A DNA stretch of 64,000 bases from Poseidonia sp. (GTDB lineage Archaea; Thermoplasmatota; Poseidoniia; Poseidoniales; Poseidoniaceae). Location of the stretch: assembly GCA_965661285.1 (NCBI GenBank), contig CBFIDD010000002.1, forward strand, positions 288,001-352,000. The letters are read 5' to 3'. Positions 30,918 to 40,174 of this stretch are shown piece after piece (within the stretch, counting starts at the first letter, position 1; each line of letters begins with the position of its first letter). A model generated the notes under the pieces. The model did not search any database. It had not been told where the DNA came from and saw nothing but the letters and a program-made list of their open reading frames with translations. Both the position numbers and the translations under genes were made by a program.

Positions 30918-31826
30918 ATGGCCAACGAACTGCAGCAAGCAATGAGCGGCGACCGCCGCGCCCTTGCTCGGATGCTGTCAAGCATCGAAAACGGCGAGGT
31001 CCTGCTTGCAGAACTCCTACCAAACCGTTCATCCTTGGATGCAGAAACCTGGGCGACCATGGCCATCACCGGTGCCCCGGGCGTTGGAAAATCGGTACTC
31101 GTTGACGCGCTGATGACCCAGTGGGCCGGCAGTGGTTTGCGAGTGGCGTTGTTGGCGGTGGACCCGAGCTCGCCACGAACGGGGGGTGCGCTTCTCGGCG
31201 ACCGCGTGCGCATGTCATCGGTTGACAATCCAGACATCAACGACCGCGTCTATGTTCGCTCCATTGCAACACGGTCGTCCTCTGGAAGCGTTCCTCTTAT
31301 CGTCGAGGACATGGCAGCCTTCCTCTTGGCATGCGGCTGGCAACGTGTTTTGATCGAAACCGTGGGTTCGGGCCAAGCAGAGTTGCGATGTGCAGCCGTC
31401 GCAGACCGTATTGTGGTCGTTGAAGGTCCAGCCCGAGGCGACGGTATTCAAGCGGAGAAAGCCGGTCTCCTTGAACTGGCTGATATCGTTCTGGTCAACA
31501 AAGCCGACCTCGAAGGTGCAGAGCAGCATGCAGGTGAACTTCGGGAATCCTACGCCTTGGATGGCGACGAGGCACCCTCCGTCTTGCTGACGTCCGGATT
31601 GAAGAACATCGGCATTGAAGAAGCGGCGCATGCGCTTCTCAAACTCGAGAGTTCAGGACGTGCGACACGAGCACGCATGCGTGAGCGTCTTCTCGGCCGA
31701 CACGAACGTCGGTTAACCCTCCATCCATCGTACAATGCGGTGCTGACCCGACTTTGTGAGGGCACCCTTGATATTGAAGAGGCCATGACTGAACTTCAAG
31801 GGGACAAGGATGACCGGGCAAGTTGA
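30918..31826 (+). CDS. meaB: MeaB/ArgK-family GTPase (methylmalonyl-CoA mutase chaperone)
   Basis: ITGAPGVGKS, AVDPSSPRTGGALLGDRVRM, ETVGSGQ and NKAD. Confidence 0.93.
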   Translation: MANELQQAMSGDRRALARMLSSIENGEVLLAELLPNRSSLDAETWATMAITGAPGVGKSVLVDALMTQWAGSGLRVALLAVDPSSPRTGGALLGDRVRMSSVDNPDINDRVYVRSIATRSSSGSVPLIVEDMAAFLLACGWQRVLIETVGSGQAELRCAAVADRIVVVEGPARGDGIQAEKAGLLELADIVLVNKADLEGAEQHAGELRESYALDGDEAPSVLLTSGLKNIGIEEAAHALLKLESSGRATRARMRERLLGRHERRLTLHPSYNAVLTRLCEGTLDIEEAMTELQGDKDDRAS

Positions 31827-32436
31827 GATGACCAATCCGGTGGAAACATCGGTGGGTGGCATGCGTGGGCACATGCTTCGCCGTACCGTCCACCTGTCGA
31901 TGGTGGGCATCCCCTATCTCTACTTCACTCAGGGCGAACGTGTCGCCGATGGTATTGGTATTTCCCTTCAACAAGTGGTGGCAGGGGTGGTCATCATCGC
32001 TTTGGTCCTTGAAGGCGTTCGACTGCGCTTGAAGCTCACCGTTTTTGGACAGCGAGACTACGAGGCCAATCAGATTTCGGCCTTGGCATGGGGTGCGGTC
32101 GGTGTCGGATTTGTTTTGCTTCTCGTACCGCACGAAGCCTATGCATGGCCCATCATCGCCAGCCTGGCGTTGGGAGACCCATTGATGGGTGAATTACGTC
32201 GGAAAGATATCGAAGACCGGAAGGTCATGACCTACGCGACACTTCTGCTTCTCGCCATATGGCTTGTTTCATCCTTCCAATTCGGCACGCCGTTGTGGAT
32301 GGCCTTCCTGCTCCCACCGGTCTGCATGATCTCCGAATGGCCTCGTCTCACCTACATCGACGATAACGCCACGATGGTCCTCATCCCCTTGGCTTTGGTT
32401 CTCGTGCTGGAACCCTTCGCCTTGGTGATGGCATAA
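31810..32436 (+). CDS. Membrane protein, dolichol/phytol kinase (CTP-dependent) superfamily-like
   Basis: LRRTVHL, LALGDP..G and IDDNA motifs with multiple TM helices. Confidence 0.6.
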   Translation: MTGQVEMTNPVETSVGGMRGHMLRRTVHLSMVGIPYLYFTQGERVADGIGISLQQVVAGVVIIALVLEGVRLRLKLTVFGQRDYEANQISALAWGAVGVGFVLLLVPHEAYAWPIIASLALGDPLMGELRRKDIEDRKVMTYATLLLLAIWLVSSFQFGTPLWMAFLLPPVCMISEWPRLTYIDDNATMVLIPLALVLVLEPFALVMA

Positions 32437-32507
32437 CCGGATATTTTCAGCCCGCTGTTTCAATATGTTGAAATGGGGGGTTACTGTCGTTGGATTCAGT
32501 GGACGAC

Positions 32508-32618
32508 ATGGCGGACGATAACACCAACTCGGACCCACCACAAATTGCCTATCAAGTGGGTTTTGCACTCGCCATCATTCTTCTTGGCGTGGTCATGTTC
32601 CGCTACCCGCTTTGGTAA
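32508..32618 (+). CDS. Putative 36-aa single-pass membrane microprotein
   Basis: Manual translation MADDNTNSDPPQIAYQVGFALAIILLGVVMFRYPLW*; lies in an otherwise empty gap downstream of a promoter-like TGAAATGGGGG. Below the ORF-track cutoff. Confidence 0.55.
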   Translation: MADDNTNSDPPQIAYQVGFALAIILLGVVMFRYPLW

Positions 32619-32674
32619 GCATTCAGGTCCGATTTTGAACATCTCTTGAAAAAGGGAGCCCTTTTGGAGATAGT

Positions 32675-34462
32675 ATGTGCGCTATCGCAGGCATGCTTGG
32701 CCATCCTGATGGCAGCGTCCTGCAACGCATGAATCGACTGCAACAGCACCGAGGCCCCGATGAAAACGATGTGTGGATGGACGACAGCGTCGGCTTCGCC
32801 CACGCTCGACTTTCGATCCTCGACCTCGATTCAAGTCAGCAACCGATGAGCGACCATGATGGAGCCGTTCTGGTCTTGAACGGAGAGATCTACAACCATC
32901 GAGAACTCAGAAATGCCCATGCCGCCTACCCGTTTCGTACGGCAGGCGACACCGAAGCCGTTCTTGCCGTTCACCGAACAACACGGGCCGTGGCATCAGG
33001 TCCACTTTCAGCAAACGACCATGCCGCATGGCTGGCAACGCTCGACGGCATGTACGCCATAGCGCTGTGGAATCCCGCCGACCGGCAGTTCATCCTCGCT
33101 CGCGACCCCATGGGCATCAAACCTCTGGCTCGTACGGAAATTGACGGGACACTGCTGTTCGCCAGTGAAGTGAAGGCGTTCCAGGCCCACGAAGGACATC
33201 GGCCCGAACTCGACGAACTGGCCCTGGCCGCACGCCTGGTTTGGGAATACCCGCTTGATGCCACCACCCTCCTGAAGGGTGTTCATCAGGTCAGGCCTGG
33301 CACGGTTGAACGCTGGGCGCTGGACCACCACGGTCGGGCGACCCTTCTCGACCGAGCCAACATTGAGCGACAGCACCTCCAGCCAGCTACGTCTTGGAAT
33401 CCGAACGCCCACGCCGATGACCTTCTGGAAAGCTTCGTTGAGGGCGTGCAACAACGCTTGCTATCAGATGTACCCGTGGGCATCGTGTTGTCCGGAGGTC
33501 TTGATTCGAGTTTGGTGGCAGCCGTCGCCCACGAAGCAGCAGAACGAGCCGAACAGGACGTCCCTGCCTGTTGGACGGTCGCTGAGAGCGAAGAAAATCC
33601 AGATTGGGTGGCCGCCGAGCAGGTGGCCGCACATCACGACCTTGTTCATCATCAGCACCTTTTGGAGGCCGATGCCTTTGACAAGCGCTTGCCGGACTTG
33701 GCATGGCACGGCGAAGATGCCGACGTGACGGTCATGTTCTTTCACCCGCTGTTTGAACACATGTCGAGGCATGTCAAAGTTGGATTGTGCGGCCAGGGTG
33801 CCGACGAGTTGCACGCTGGCTACCCACGCTATGGCGACTTGGGTCAGCACAACGCTTTGCTGCAGCAGCGAATGAACGCCCTGCCCGACATGCATCGATC
33901 GGCACTCCTGAACGGCGGCTTATCGTCAGGCGAAGGATGGTACCAATCTTCCCACGACCCGGCGAAGCCGACCGCTGACCTCGGCAGCATGTTGAATTTT
34001 GAGCTTGAGCACGGGCAATTGAGCAACTTCCAACTCCGCTTGGTTGACCGGCACTCGATGGCTCACTCGCTTGAGGTCCGGGTCCCCTTCTTGGGCAGCG
34101 CTCACCGAAAAGCCTCGTACGCTTTGCCCTTGGATTGGAAACGCAGCGCTCAACGGGAAGAAAAGGCAGCCCTCCGCCGGGCCGCCGACCTCACAAACCT
34201 TCCCAAAGACATCGTCCGCCGGCCGAAACTTCCTGCGGGGCGGGCGACAGCCCCGGCCATGCTCGAAACATTCCTTGATGAACGTAGGAGTCAGGTCGAG
34301 GAACTCATGGCACACTACAACCAGTGGAAACCCGTGCTCAAAGGCCAAGAAGAACTGGCCATCGGCTTGGGCCTGTTTGAGGCACTCCACTTGCGCCACG
34401 ACGGTCATCGGCGGGCGAAGCAGAGCATCGACGCTCTCCTCAACGAGGTGATTTCGGCATGA
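32675..34462 (+). CDS. asnB: Asparagine synthase (glutamine-hydrolysing)-family amidotransferase
   Basis: N-terminal MCAIAG (Ntn Cys), HRGPD, NGEIYNH, LSGGLDSS, GQGADEL and SLEVRVPFL. Confidence 0.92.
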   Translation: MCAIAGMLGHPDGSVLQRMNRLQQHRGPDENDVWMDDSVGFAHARLSILDLDSSQQPMSDHDGAVLVLNGEIYNHRELRNAHAAYPFRTAGDTEAVLAVHRTTRAVASGPLSANDHAAWLATLDGMYAIALWNPADRQFILARDPMGIKPLARTEIDGTLLFASEVKAFQAHEGHRPELDELALAARLVWEYPLDATTLLKGVHQVRPGTVERWALDHHGRATLLDRANIERQHLQPATSWNPNAHADDLLESFVEGVQQRLLSDVPVGIVLSGGLDSSLVAAVAHEAAERAEQDVPACWTVAESEENPDWVAAEQVAAHHDLVHHQHLLEADAFDKRLPDLAWHGEDADVTVMFFHPLFEHMSRHVKVGLCGQGADELHAGYPRYGDLGQHNALLQQRMNALPDMHRSALLNGGLSSGEGWYQSSHDPAKPTADLGSMLNFELEHGQLSNFQLRLVDRHSMAHSLEVRVPFLGSAHRKASYALPLDWKRSAQREEKAALRRAADLTNLPKDIVRRPKLPAGRATAPAMLETFLDERRSQVEELMAHYNQWKPVLKGQEELAIGLGLFEALHLRHDGHRRAKQSIDALLNEVISA

Positions 34463-35661
34463 ATTTGAGAGAACACAACCAACGCTTGGAAAACAAACGC
34501 GAGGAAATCACGGCGTGGATGGCAAAAAAACGTGCTGAGGTCCCCATCCCAATCTATGGTAGCGTGGATGTACGCGACGCCGGTTGGAAAATCGGGGTTG
34601 TTGACGCGAATCACTTCCCGGCTGGATTTAACAACGTATCTGAAGAAAACCTGATTGAACTTGCGAACTTGTTCAAAGAGCACGTCCACCGTGTCAACCC
34701 CTCCTGTGCTTGGGTTCACATCTACCCTGAAAACCACACGCGAAACCCCGGTTATGTAGAAAACATTGCCAGTATTCAATCCATGATCGAGCATGCAGGA
34801 TTTACCTGCACCGTAGGTTCTCCTGACCTCAACGAATTCGATGCACTCAACGGATTGTCCGGCCCGTTGATGCTGCAAAGCGTCGAAGTGGATGACGAAG
34901 GAAAGCTGACGGTCGGGCAACAGAATCCGGACTTGATTTTACTCAACAACGATTTGACCGAAGGCATCATTCCAGGAATTCAAAGCACCAACATCACACC
35001 ACCACCTCACATGGGTTGGTATCGCCGACGCAAATCGCAACATTATGAGATGCTCAAGCCTTACGTCGAGGAAATGGCCGACCTTCTTTCCTTGGATCCG
35101 TGGCATTTGATGCCAGAGTGGTTTGTCTCTCAAGACAAATGTTTGATCGAAGATGCATGCAGGTTCAAACTTGCCGCTGAGATCGATGCCTTCCTTGACC
35201 GCCTGCGAGCGAAGTACGCGAGCCTCGGCATCGAGCGAGAACCCACGGTCGTGATGAAGAACGACAGCGGCACCTACGGCCTTGGCGTCATGATGTTAAC
35301 ATCCGGCGAGCAAATCCTCAATCTCTCGAAGCGAAAGGCGAACAAACTCCGTTATGCCAAAGGCGGTGCTGATGTTGAAAACTACCTCATCCAAGAAGGC
35401 ATACCGACCGCCCTTTCCACCGAGAACAACGAAACCCTCGAGCCTGTGGTCTATCTCGTGGATGGTGAGGCCGCCTCCTGGTTTTACCGCATCAATGCGA
35501 AAAAATCCGACATGGACAATCTCAACTCCCCCAGTTCTCGATTTGAGAATTACGAAGACAGCAAAAACCCGCACCTCGAAGAAGCACACGGGTGGCACGC
35601 CCTCGTCGCTGAATTGAGCATGCTCGCCATGGGGGCGGAAGCCAAAGCATCGGCCAACTAA
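34459..35661 (+). CDS. gshA: Glutamate--cysteine ligase, PF08886/GshA (ATP-grasp-like) family
   Basis: PIYGSVDVRDAGWKIGVVDANHFPAGFNN, PENHTRN, ILLNNDL, GTYGLGVM, IQEGI, EPVVY and NLNSP, matching the proteobacterial GshA family pattern. Confidence 0.85.
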   Translation: MNLREHNQRLENKREEITAWMAKKRAEVPIPIYGSVDVRDAGWKIGVVDANHFPAGFNNVSEENLIELANLFKEHVHRVNPSCAWVHIYPENHTRNPGYVENIASIQSMIEHAGFTCTVGSPDLNEFDALNGLSGPLMLQSVEVDDEGKLTVGQQNPDLILLNNDLTEGIIPGIQSTNITPPPHMGWYRRRKSQHYEMLKPYVEEMADLLSLDPWHLMPEWFVSQDKCLIEDACRFKLAAEIDAFLDRLRAKYASLGIEREPTVVMKNDSGTYGLGVMMLTSGEQILNLSKRKANKLRYAKGGADVENYLIQEGIPTALSTENNETLEPVVYLVDGEAASWFYRINAKKSDMDNLNSPSSRFENYEDSKNPHLEEAHGWHALVAELSMLAMGAEAKASAN

Positions 35662-35698
35662 CCCAACAGGATGAAAGCCAAGATTTCCTCGCAGCACC

Positions 35699-36376
35699 AT
35701 GAGCCAGCGGGTTTGGTTGTACATCATGACCATCGCCGTTGGGCTGTGGATTTCTGCAACCGCTGCGGGAGGTCTTCTCCCTGATGCGCTGGCCGAATGG
35801 CCCGTGAACGTATGGTGCTGGGGCGTGTTTGCGTTTATTTTCAAAGGCGCCGACCAAAAGGAGCGCATTGAGATGGTCGCCGTCGTAGCGCTCGCAACGC
35901 CCATGGAACTGTTCTTCTCCGAGGTTTGGCTGGTCTACGAGTACCAACGCGAATTCATGCCGCTCTTTGTCCCAGCAGGCCACTATTTCCTCTTCGATCT
36001 GGGCCGGCGAGGAGCATCCCTGATGCGGGTTGAAATGGCCCTTCCGCTGCTCTTGCCCTTCGTCCCCCTCGTGGCCTACGGCGCATGGACGGGAGGTGAC
36101 ACCTCCGGGGTCGTCATGCTGCTCCTCGTCTTGGGATTCACCAAATGGGGACCCCAACCGCGACTGTATGCCGCCATGGCGTGGGCAGCCTTGGCCATGG
36201 AACTCTGGGGGACCTATCTCGGAAACTGGACGTGGGCCACCGACGTGCCTTGGACCAACTTGACAGCGTGGAATCCGCCACTCCTGGTGGGCGCCTTCTA
36301 CTGTTTTGGCGACCTCTTGGTTAACCTGTGCGTTGCTAAGTTTCAAGGGGAACCTACGTCCGAGGTTCTACCATGA
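35699..36376 (+). CDS. Hypothetical multi-pass membrane protein
   Basis: About six hydrophobic helices; ELWGTYLGNWTW...NPP motif. Confidence 0.75.
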   Translation: MSQRVWLYIMTIAVGLWISATAAGGLLPDALAEWPVNVWCWGVFAFIFKGADQKERIEMVAVVALATPMELFFSEVWLVYEYQREFMPLFVPAGHYFLFDLGRRGASLMRVEMALPLLLPFVPLVAYGAWTGGDTSGVVMLLLVLGFTKWGPQPRLYAAMAWAALAMELWGTYLGNWTWATDVPWTNLTAWNPPLLVGAFYCFGDLLVNLCVAKFQGEPTSEVLP

Positions 36377-36705
36377 CCGGCGCTGACGAGCTGCGCAAGC
36401 GCCGCGAGCAAGAGGCGCTTCGTATTCGTACGGCGCTGAACCGGCAGCGTGGCGAACAGCGTGCCAACACCAAGGGAGGCGAAGGAACCGTGGCCTTTGT
36501 TGAGGAACGCAAATGCATCGGTTGCGACCAGTGCACCATCGTCTGTGATGACGATGCGATTGAACTCTACTTCGTGGATGTCCGCAGCCCGCTGATGTCG
36601 GTGGAGAGCAACCGGAAGGCGAAGATCATTCGAGATGCGTGCACAGGATGCCGATTGTGTGTCCTCGCATGCCCAACCGATGCCATCACGATGATTGACC
36701 GATGA
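36373..36705 (+). CDS. 2x[4Fe-4S] ferredoxin-like protein
   Basis: CIGCDQCTIVC and CTGCRLCVLACP. Confidence 0.9.
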   Translation: MTGADELRKRREQEALRIRTALNRQRGEQRANTKGGEGTVAFVEERKCIGCDQCTIVCDDDAIELYFVDVRSPLMSVESNRKAKIIRDACTGCRLCVLACPTDAITMIDR

Positions 36706-36715
36706 GGTGAACCCC

Positions 36716-37003
36716 ATGTCAAAGAAAGGAAAAGATGCAACAGCCCAGCGATTTGGAGGCGAATTTGGCCCTTACAGGAAACCCGGCACGGAAGGCGTTT
36801 CGCTGTCGACCTTCAAGAACCTGGTATGGACTTCGAATATCGGAGGTTTGCTCCTCGTCGTGCTCGCTTTGGAACTGCTCTTTGTCCAGCAGCGATTCAT
36901 GTGGGGCTTCCTGTCCTTGGTCGCCGGTGTGGCCATCGCCCTGTTCCCGTCCAACTACGAAATCGTCGGGATGAGCGACGAGGACGAAGACGACGCATCG
37001 TGA
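36716..37003 (+). CDS. Small two-TM membrane protein
   Basis: SD-like GAGGTGA upstream of ATG 36716; two hydrophobic helices; acidic tail. Confidence 0.7.
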   Translation: MSKKGKDATAQRFGGEFGPYRKPGTEGVSLSTFKNLVWTSNIGGLLLVVLALELLFVQQRFMWGFLSLVAGVAIALFPSNYEIVGMSDEDEDDAS

Positions 37004-37018
37004 TGAGGCGTATCAATC

Positions 37019-37122
37019 GGTAGCGTCTGACAAGACCCACTGCAAGCCCTCTGATGAGGTCAAAACGAATCAGTGGGTTTGTGCATTGACCCTTTGATTC
37101 GTTAGTATAACCATTGAATCAG
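37019..37122 (-). repeat. Left copy of a 104-bp imperfect inverted repeat bounding the island
   Basis: Its reverse complement aligns without gaps to 40171-40274 at 84/104 identity (manual count). On the minus strand it begins 3 nt after the stop of the restriction gene. Confidence 0.92.
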
Positions 37123-37125
37123 CCT

Positions 37126-38313
37126 CTACTTTGCTTTTCGATCTGAATATGAACTCAACCATGCCTCATCAATCATTTCGTTAATCCAATATTTACTTCG
37201 TTTTATTATCGTCATGAGTTGCCTTCCATGTATTAACTTCAATGGATATCTTAGTTCATGAACCTCTTCTTGTGCTTGTTTTGAGAAAAATGAGGTGGTG
37301 ACATAAATCCCATATTCTCCTCTGTCGAGTCTTGCAACTAAGCGCGATAATTGAACGGGATTAATGTAGTTTGAACTGGCATACCTCTTCACCTCTCCTT
37401 TCAATTTAATCTCAAATCTGAATGGTTCATCAATCATCATTGAACCTATGAAATCAAATCCTCCGTCTCCACTATTCTTGGTTTTTTCTAGATTTTTGAA
37501 TAAAGTGCCTCCGACTTCAAGGAAAAGATCAACGATTATTTGTTCAAAGACATACGGGTTAATTTCATTCAAGCGTTCCAATGCCATCCATTCTGGAGAA
37601 TTGGTTGGTGGTAATTGATCTTCTTTTGTCAAAATTGAATCATTCCAAGCGGTAAGATATGAGTGGGCATTCCTTGATACGTATTCTCTCCAAGCAAGAG
37701 GAGATTTGTCCAGTCGGGAATCAAGTTCCTCATGCTTGCGCCAATTCGTCAACCAATCAATCGCAACCTGTGGGGTATTTAGAATTCGTAAAGTTGCTCT
37801 GTAATTCCTAACAGGTATGTCTCCATCCATGAACCACTCAACGTCTAATTTTTCTAGAATGCACAAACCGTTGAAGCGATTATATCCCGTTCTTTTTGTG
37901 AAATGGAGAATGAAGGAAGGTTGAGTTGAACCGTTGCGGAGGTTTTCATCGAGCGCCTTCAGTACTTTGTTTCCTTTGAAATCATCAAGAGACTTATCTG
38001 GGTCTGCAACTGAATCGCCCCAGTAATAAATTACACCATTGTGCTGGTCAACAATATCATCCCAAGGTTTAGGAGTATTCGTTTTACCTGAGTGAGTGAA
38101 CAAAAACACACCGTCAATTTGCTTCTTTCTTGATGAGTTTGGAGATTTCAATGCTCTAATGCCCCCTGCATTAGTCAACCCGGATTCAGGTAGGTTAACC
38201 CAACTCAGAAATTGGTCTTCCGGATCGTCTTTCCTTTTTGCGTCTCTGTACTCTTTGCCGACCTCAAAGAATTTCCCAGAGCCTGCTGTAATCCAGTTAT
38301 CTGAACCACTCAT
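37126..38313 (-). CDS. Modification-dependent (type IV) restriction endonuclease, AspBHI/MspJI-like SRA domain plus Mrr-type catalytic domain
   Basis: N-terminal PWDD..D..NGVIYYWGD, RFNGL and NYRATLRIL; C-terminal FE...DGGFD...EVKRY...SRLVARL..GIYVTTS (PD-(D/E)xK, Mrr-like). Confidence 0.82.
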   Translation of the reverse strand: MSGSDNWITAGSGKFFEVGKEYRDAKRKDDPEDQFLSWVNLPESGLTNAGGIRALKSPNSSRKKQIDGVFLFTHSGKTNTPKPWDDIVDQHNGVIYYWGDSVADPDKSLDDFKGNKVLKALDENLRNGSTQPSFILHFTKRTGYNRFNGLCILEKLDVEWFMDGDIPVRNYRATLRILNTPQVAIDWLTNWRKHEELDSRLDKSPLAWREYVSRNAHSYLTAWNDSILTKEDQLPPTNSPEWMALERLNEINPYVFEQIIVDLFLEVGGTLFKNLEKTKNSGDGGFDFIGSMMIDEPFRFEIKLKGEVKRYASSNYINPVQLSRLVARLDRGEYGIYVTTSFFSKQAQEEVHELRYPLKLIHGRQLMTIIKRSKYWINEMIDEAWLSSYSDRKAK

Positions 38314-38353
38314 GAATTCCCCTCAACTGTTGTGGTAATTGAAATTATCACAT

Positions 38354-38433
38354 TAATCAGAGGGTCACTCTGATTAGGCCTCAAAGCAGAGGGTACCCAC
38401 TGCTTACCCATCTGAGCAAAGGGCGCCCTCTGA
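38354..38433. repeat. Three tandem imperfect palindromes of the TCAGAGGG-N2-CCCTCTGA family, about 30-bp period
   Basis: TCAGAGGGTCACTCTGA (38357-38373), GCAGAGGGTACCCACTGC (38386-38403) and GCAAAGGGCGCCCTCTGA (38416-38433). TACCCACTGCTTACCCATCTGA resembles GACCCACTGCAAGCCCTCTGA in the terminal repeats. Confidence 0.8.
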
Positions 38434-38449
38434 AGAATAATTATCCAAC

Positions 38450-39100
38450 CTAGATCCAACCCTTAAGAATCGTGTGTATACCCGCTTTTAGTTCAACACT
38501 CATATCGAGGTTAAGAAACGTTAAGTCTGGGTGTTTAAGGGCAGATTTGGAAGGGCTTGAGGGGTTTGCCAGAGGATAAAGTCCCAAGGCGAAAGCCAAC
38601 ATCTGTCCAAATGCTTGAAGGGCATCTTCTAGTCTGGTAAAATGCCCGTTTCTCATTAATGCCTCTGCACCTCTCTGCATGAGTGAGAGTAGATTCAACT
38701 TATGTTCAATTAGCACTTCAACTGAAACCTCTCGTTCATACAATGCTGGAGTAAGTGAAAAAAGAGAAAGAAAGCGATATTCCTTGAGAAAGATTTTGGT
38801 GATGGCACTCGCAAACATATCTAAATCGCTTAATTCAAGTTTGGAATCTTCCTCTAATCCGAGAACTACGTCCTCAAAATCGCATAGATGAACATGAAGA
38901 AGCAACGATTGGATGTTCTCAAAATATCTGTAAATACCGCTCGGTGAAATTCCAACCGAGCTGGCAAGCGGACGCATTCGAAGATCCAGCGGGTCAGTTG
39001 TTTTGAGAAGCGTGCGGACGGCTTCAACAATCGCTCTTTTTCTGACTTCACGATGCTCAGTTGAACGAGCGCGTTGGAAGGGAATCTCTGGGCCAGTCAT
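38450..39100 (-). CDS. TetR/AcrR-family transcriptional regulator
   Basis: FQRARS..REVRKRAIVEA; HTH LASSVGISPSGIYRYFEN. Confidence 0.92.
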   Translation of the reverse strand: MTGPEIPFQRARSTEHREVRKRAIVEAVRTLLKTTDPLDLRMRPLASSVGISPSGIYRYFENIQSLLLHVHLCDFEDVVLGLEEDSKLELSDLDMFASAITKIFLKEYRFLSLFSLTPALYEREVSVEVLIEHKLNLLSLMQRGAEALMRNGHFTRLEDALQAFGQMLAFALGLYPLANPSSPSKSALKHPDLTFLNLDMSVELKAGIHTILKGWI

Positions 39101-39137
39101 GTGAATAACCCCTGCTCTGGGTGGAGGACACTTGAAC

Positions 39138-39160
39138 TTAACGGAACACTGTTTCGTTAA
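39138..39160. promoter_or_regulatory. Putative TetR operator overlapping a TATA-like box
   Basis: TTAACGGAACA-C-TGTTTCGTTAA (10/11-bp inverted repeat) between the divergent tetR and SDR genes, running into TTAAATATAT. Confidence 0.7.
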
Positions 39161-39190
39161 ATATATATGGAGGATTTGGTTCGGCGAATC

Positions 39191-40174
39191 ATGCCTCGTT
39201 CTCTCCGAATTGACCCAAGCCTTCGTAACATCGACCTCTCCGGAAAAAGATACGTCATCACCGGTGGCTCAAGCGGCTCAGGACAAGCCACGGTTGAATT
39301 CCTTGCAAAGCAGGGTGCCGAGGTGATCACCACGGGACGAGATCTGGCTCGTGGGCGTCAAAATTTTGAATCCCTACCGCTCGCTGTCCAGGGACGAATC
39401 ACACTCCTTCATCTTGATTTAGAAAACATGGAAAGTGTCGAAAAGTTTGCAGCTGAGGTAAACAAAAAGTGGCAGTCGTTTGATGCATTGGTCAACAATG
39501 CGGGAGGTGCCCTCACGAAAAACGGCACTTTCGAGCTAAACAGAAAAACATACGACAAACAATTTGTCGGCAACCATATAGGGGTATTCCACCTCAGTAA
39601 CTTACTTCTTCCCGGGCTTGAAGCCAATGATGGGGCTCGACTCATCAACGTCTCATCCGTCATGCACGACCAGGCGAAAGGTTTGCAGTCGACTCAGGCT
39701 CAGATACATTGGGATGACATCCATGCCCGCAAGCGCAAGTTCGATGGGTTTGACCAGTATGCTCAATCAAAACTCGCCAACCTCCTTCACGCAAAATCGC
39801 TGGCAAGGAAGTACGATAAAGACAACATTGCTGTTTTCCCCGTTCACCCAGGGACGATCAGCAAAGGCAGTCGTTTCGGCCGTTCGATGGGACCACTAAT
39901 GCGCGCAATGATGGTCCCTCTTAGCATCCTGATGGGACCTATCATGCGCCCCATCACGAAGGAAGACGGCGCTCAGACCACCCTCCACTGCCTGCTTTCC
40001 GAGGAAGCTCTGAACCACCACGGAGTGTATCACGCTCAAACCGGACTCAAACACAGCGACGGTGTTCGCGGGGGCTGGCCGTACCGGTCAGCCAATCCGT
40101 TGTCTCATGACGAAGCCGCTCAGGACCAATTGTGGAGCCTGAGTGAGGAACTTGTGGCAGAATTGAAAGCCTGA
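39191..40174 (+). CDS. Short-chain dehydrogenase/reductase (retinol dehydrogenase/WWOX-like)
   Basis: ITGGSSGSG, LVNNAG, NVSS, YAQSK and VHPG. Start is 39191 or 39167. Confidence 0.93.
   Translation: MPRSLRIDPSLRNIDLSGKRYVITGGSSGSGQATVEFLAKQGAEVITTGRDLARGRQNFESLPLAVQGRITLLHLDLENMESVEKFAAEVNKKWQSFDALVNNAGGALTKNGTFELNRKTYDKQFVGNHIGVFHLSNLLLPGLEANDGARLINVSSVMHDQAKGLQSTQAQIHWDDIHARKRKFDGFDQYAQSKLANLLHAKSLARKYDKDNIAVFPVHPGTISKGSRFGRSMGPLMRAMMVPLSILMGPIMRPITKEDGAQTTLHCLLSEEALNHHGVYHAQTGLKHSDGVRGGWPYRSANPLSHDEAAQDQLWSLSEELVAELKA

Noticed and set aside
37095-37122. Chromosomal dif (XerA) site
   Set aside because: The dyad TGATTC-N15-GAATCA does not fit the 11-6-11 TAA-N6-TTA layout, and its core differs between the two copies.
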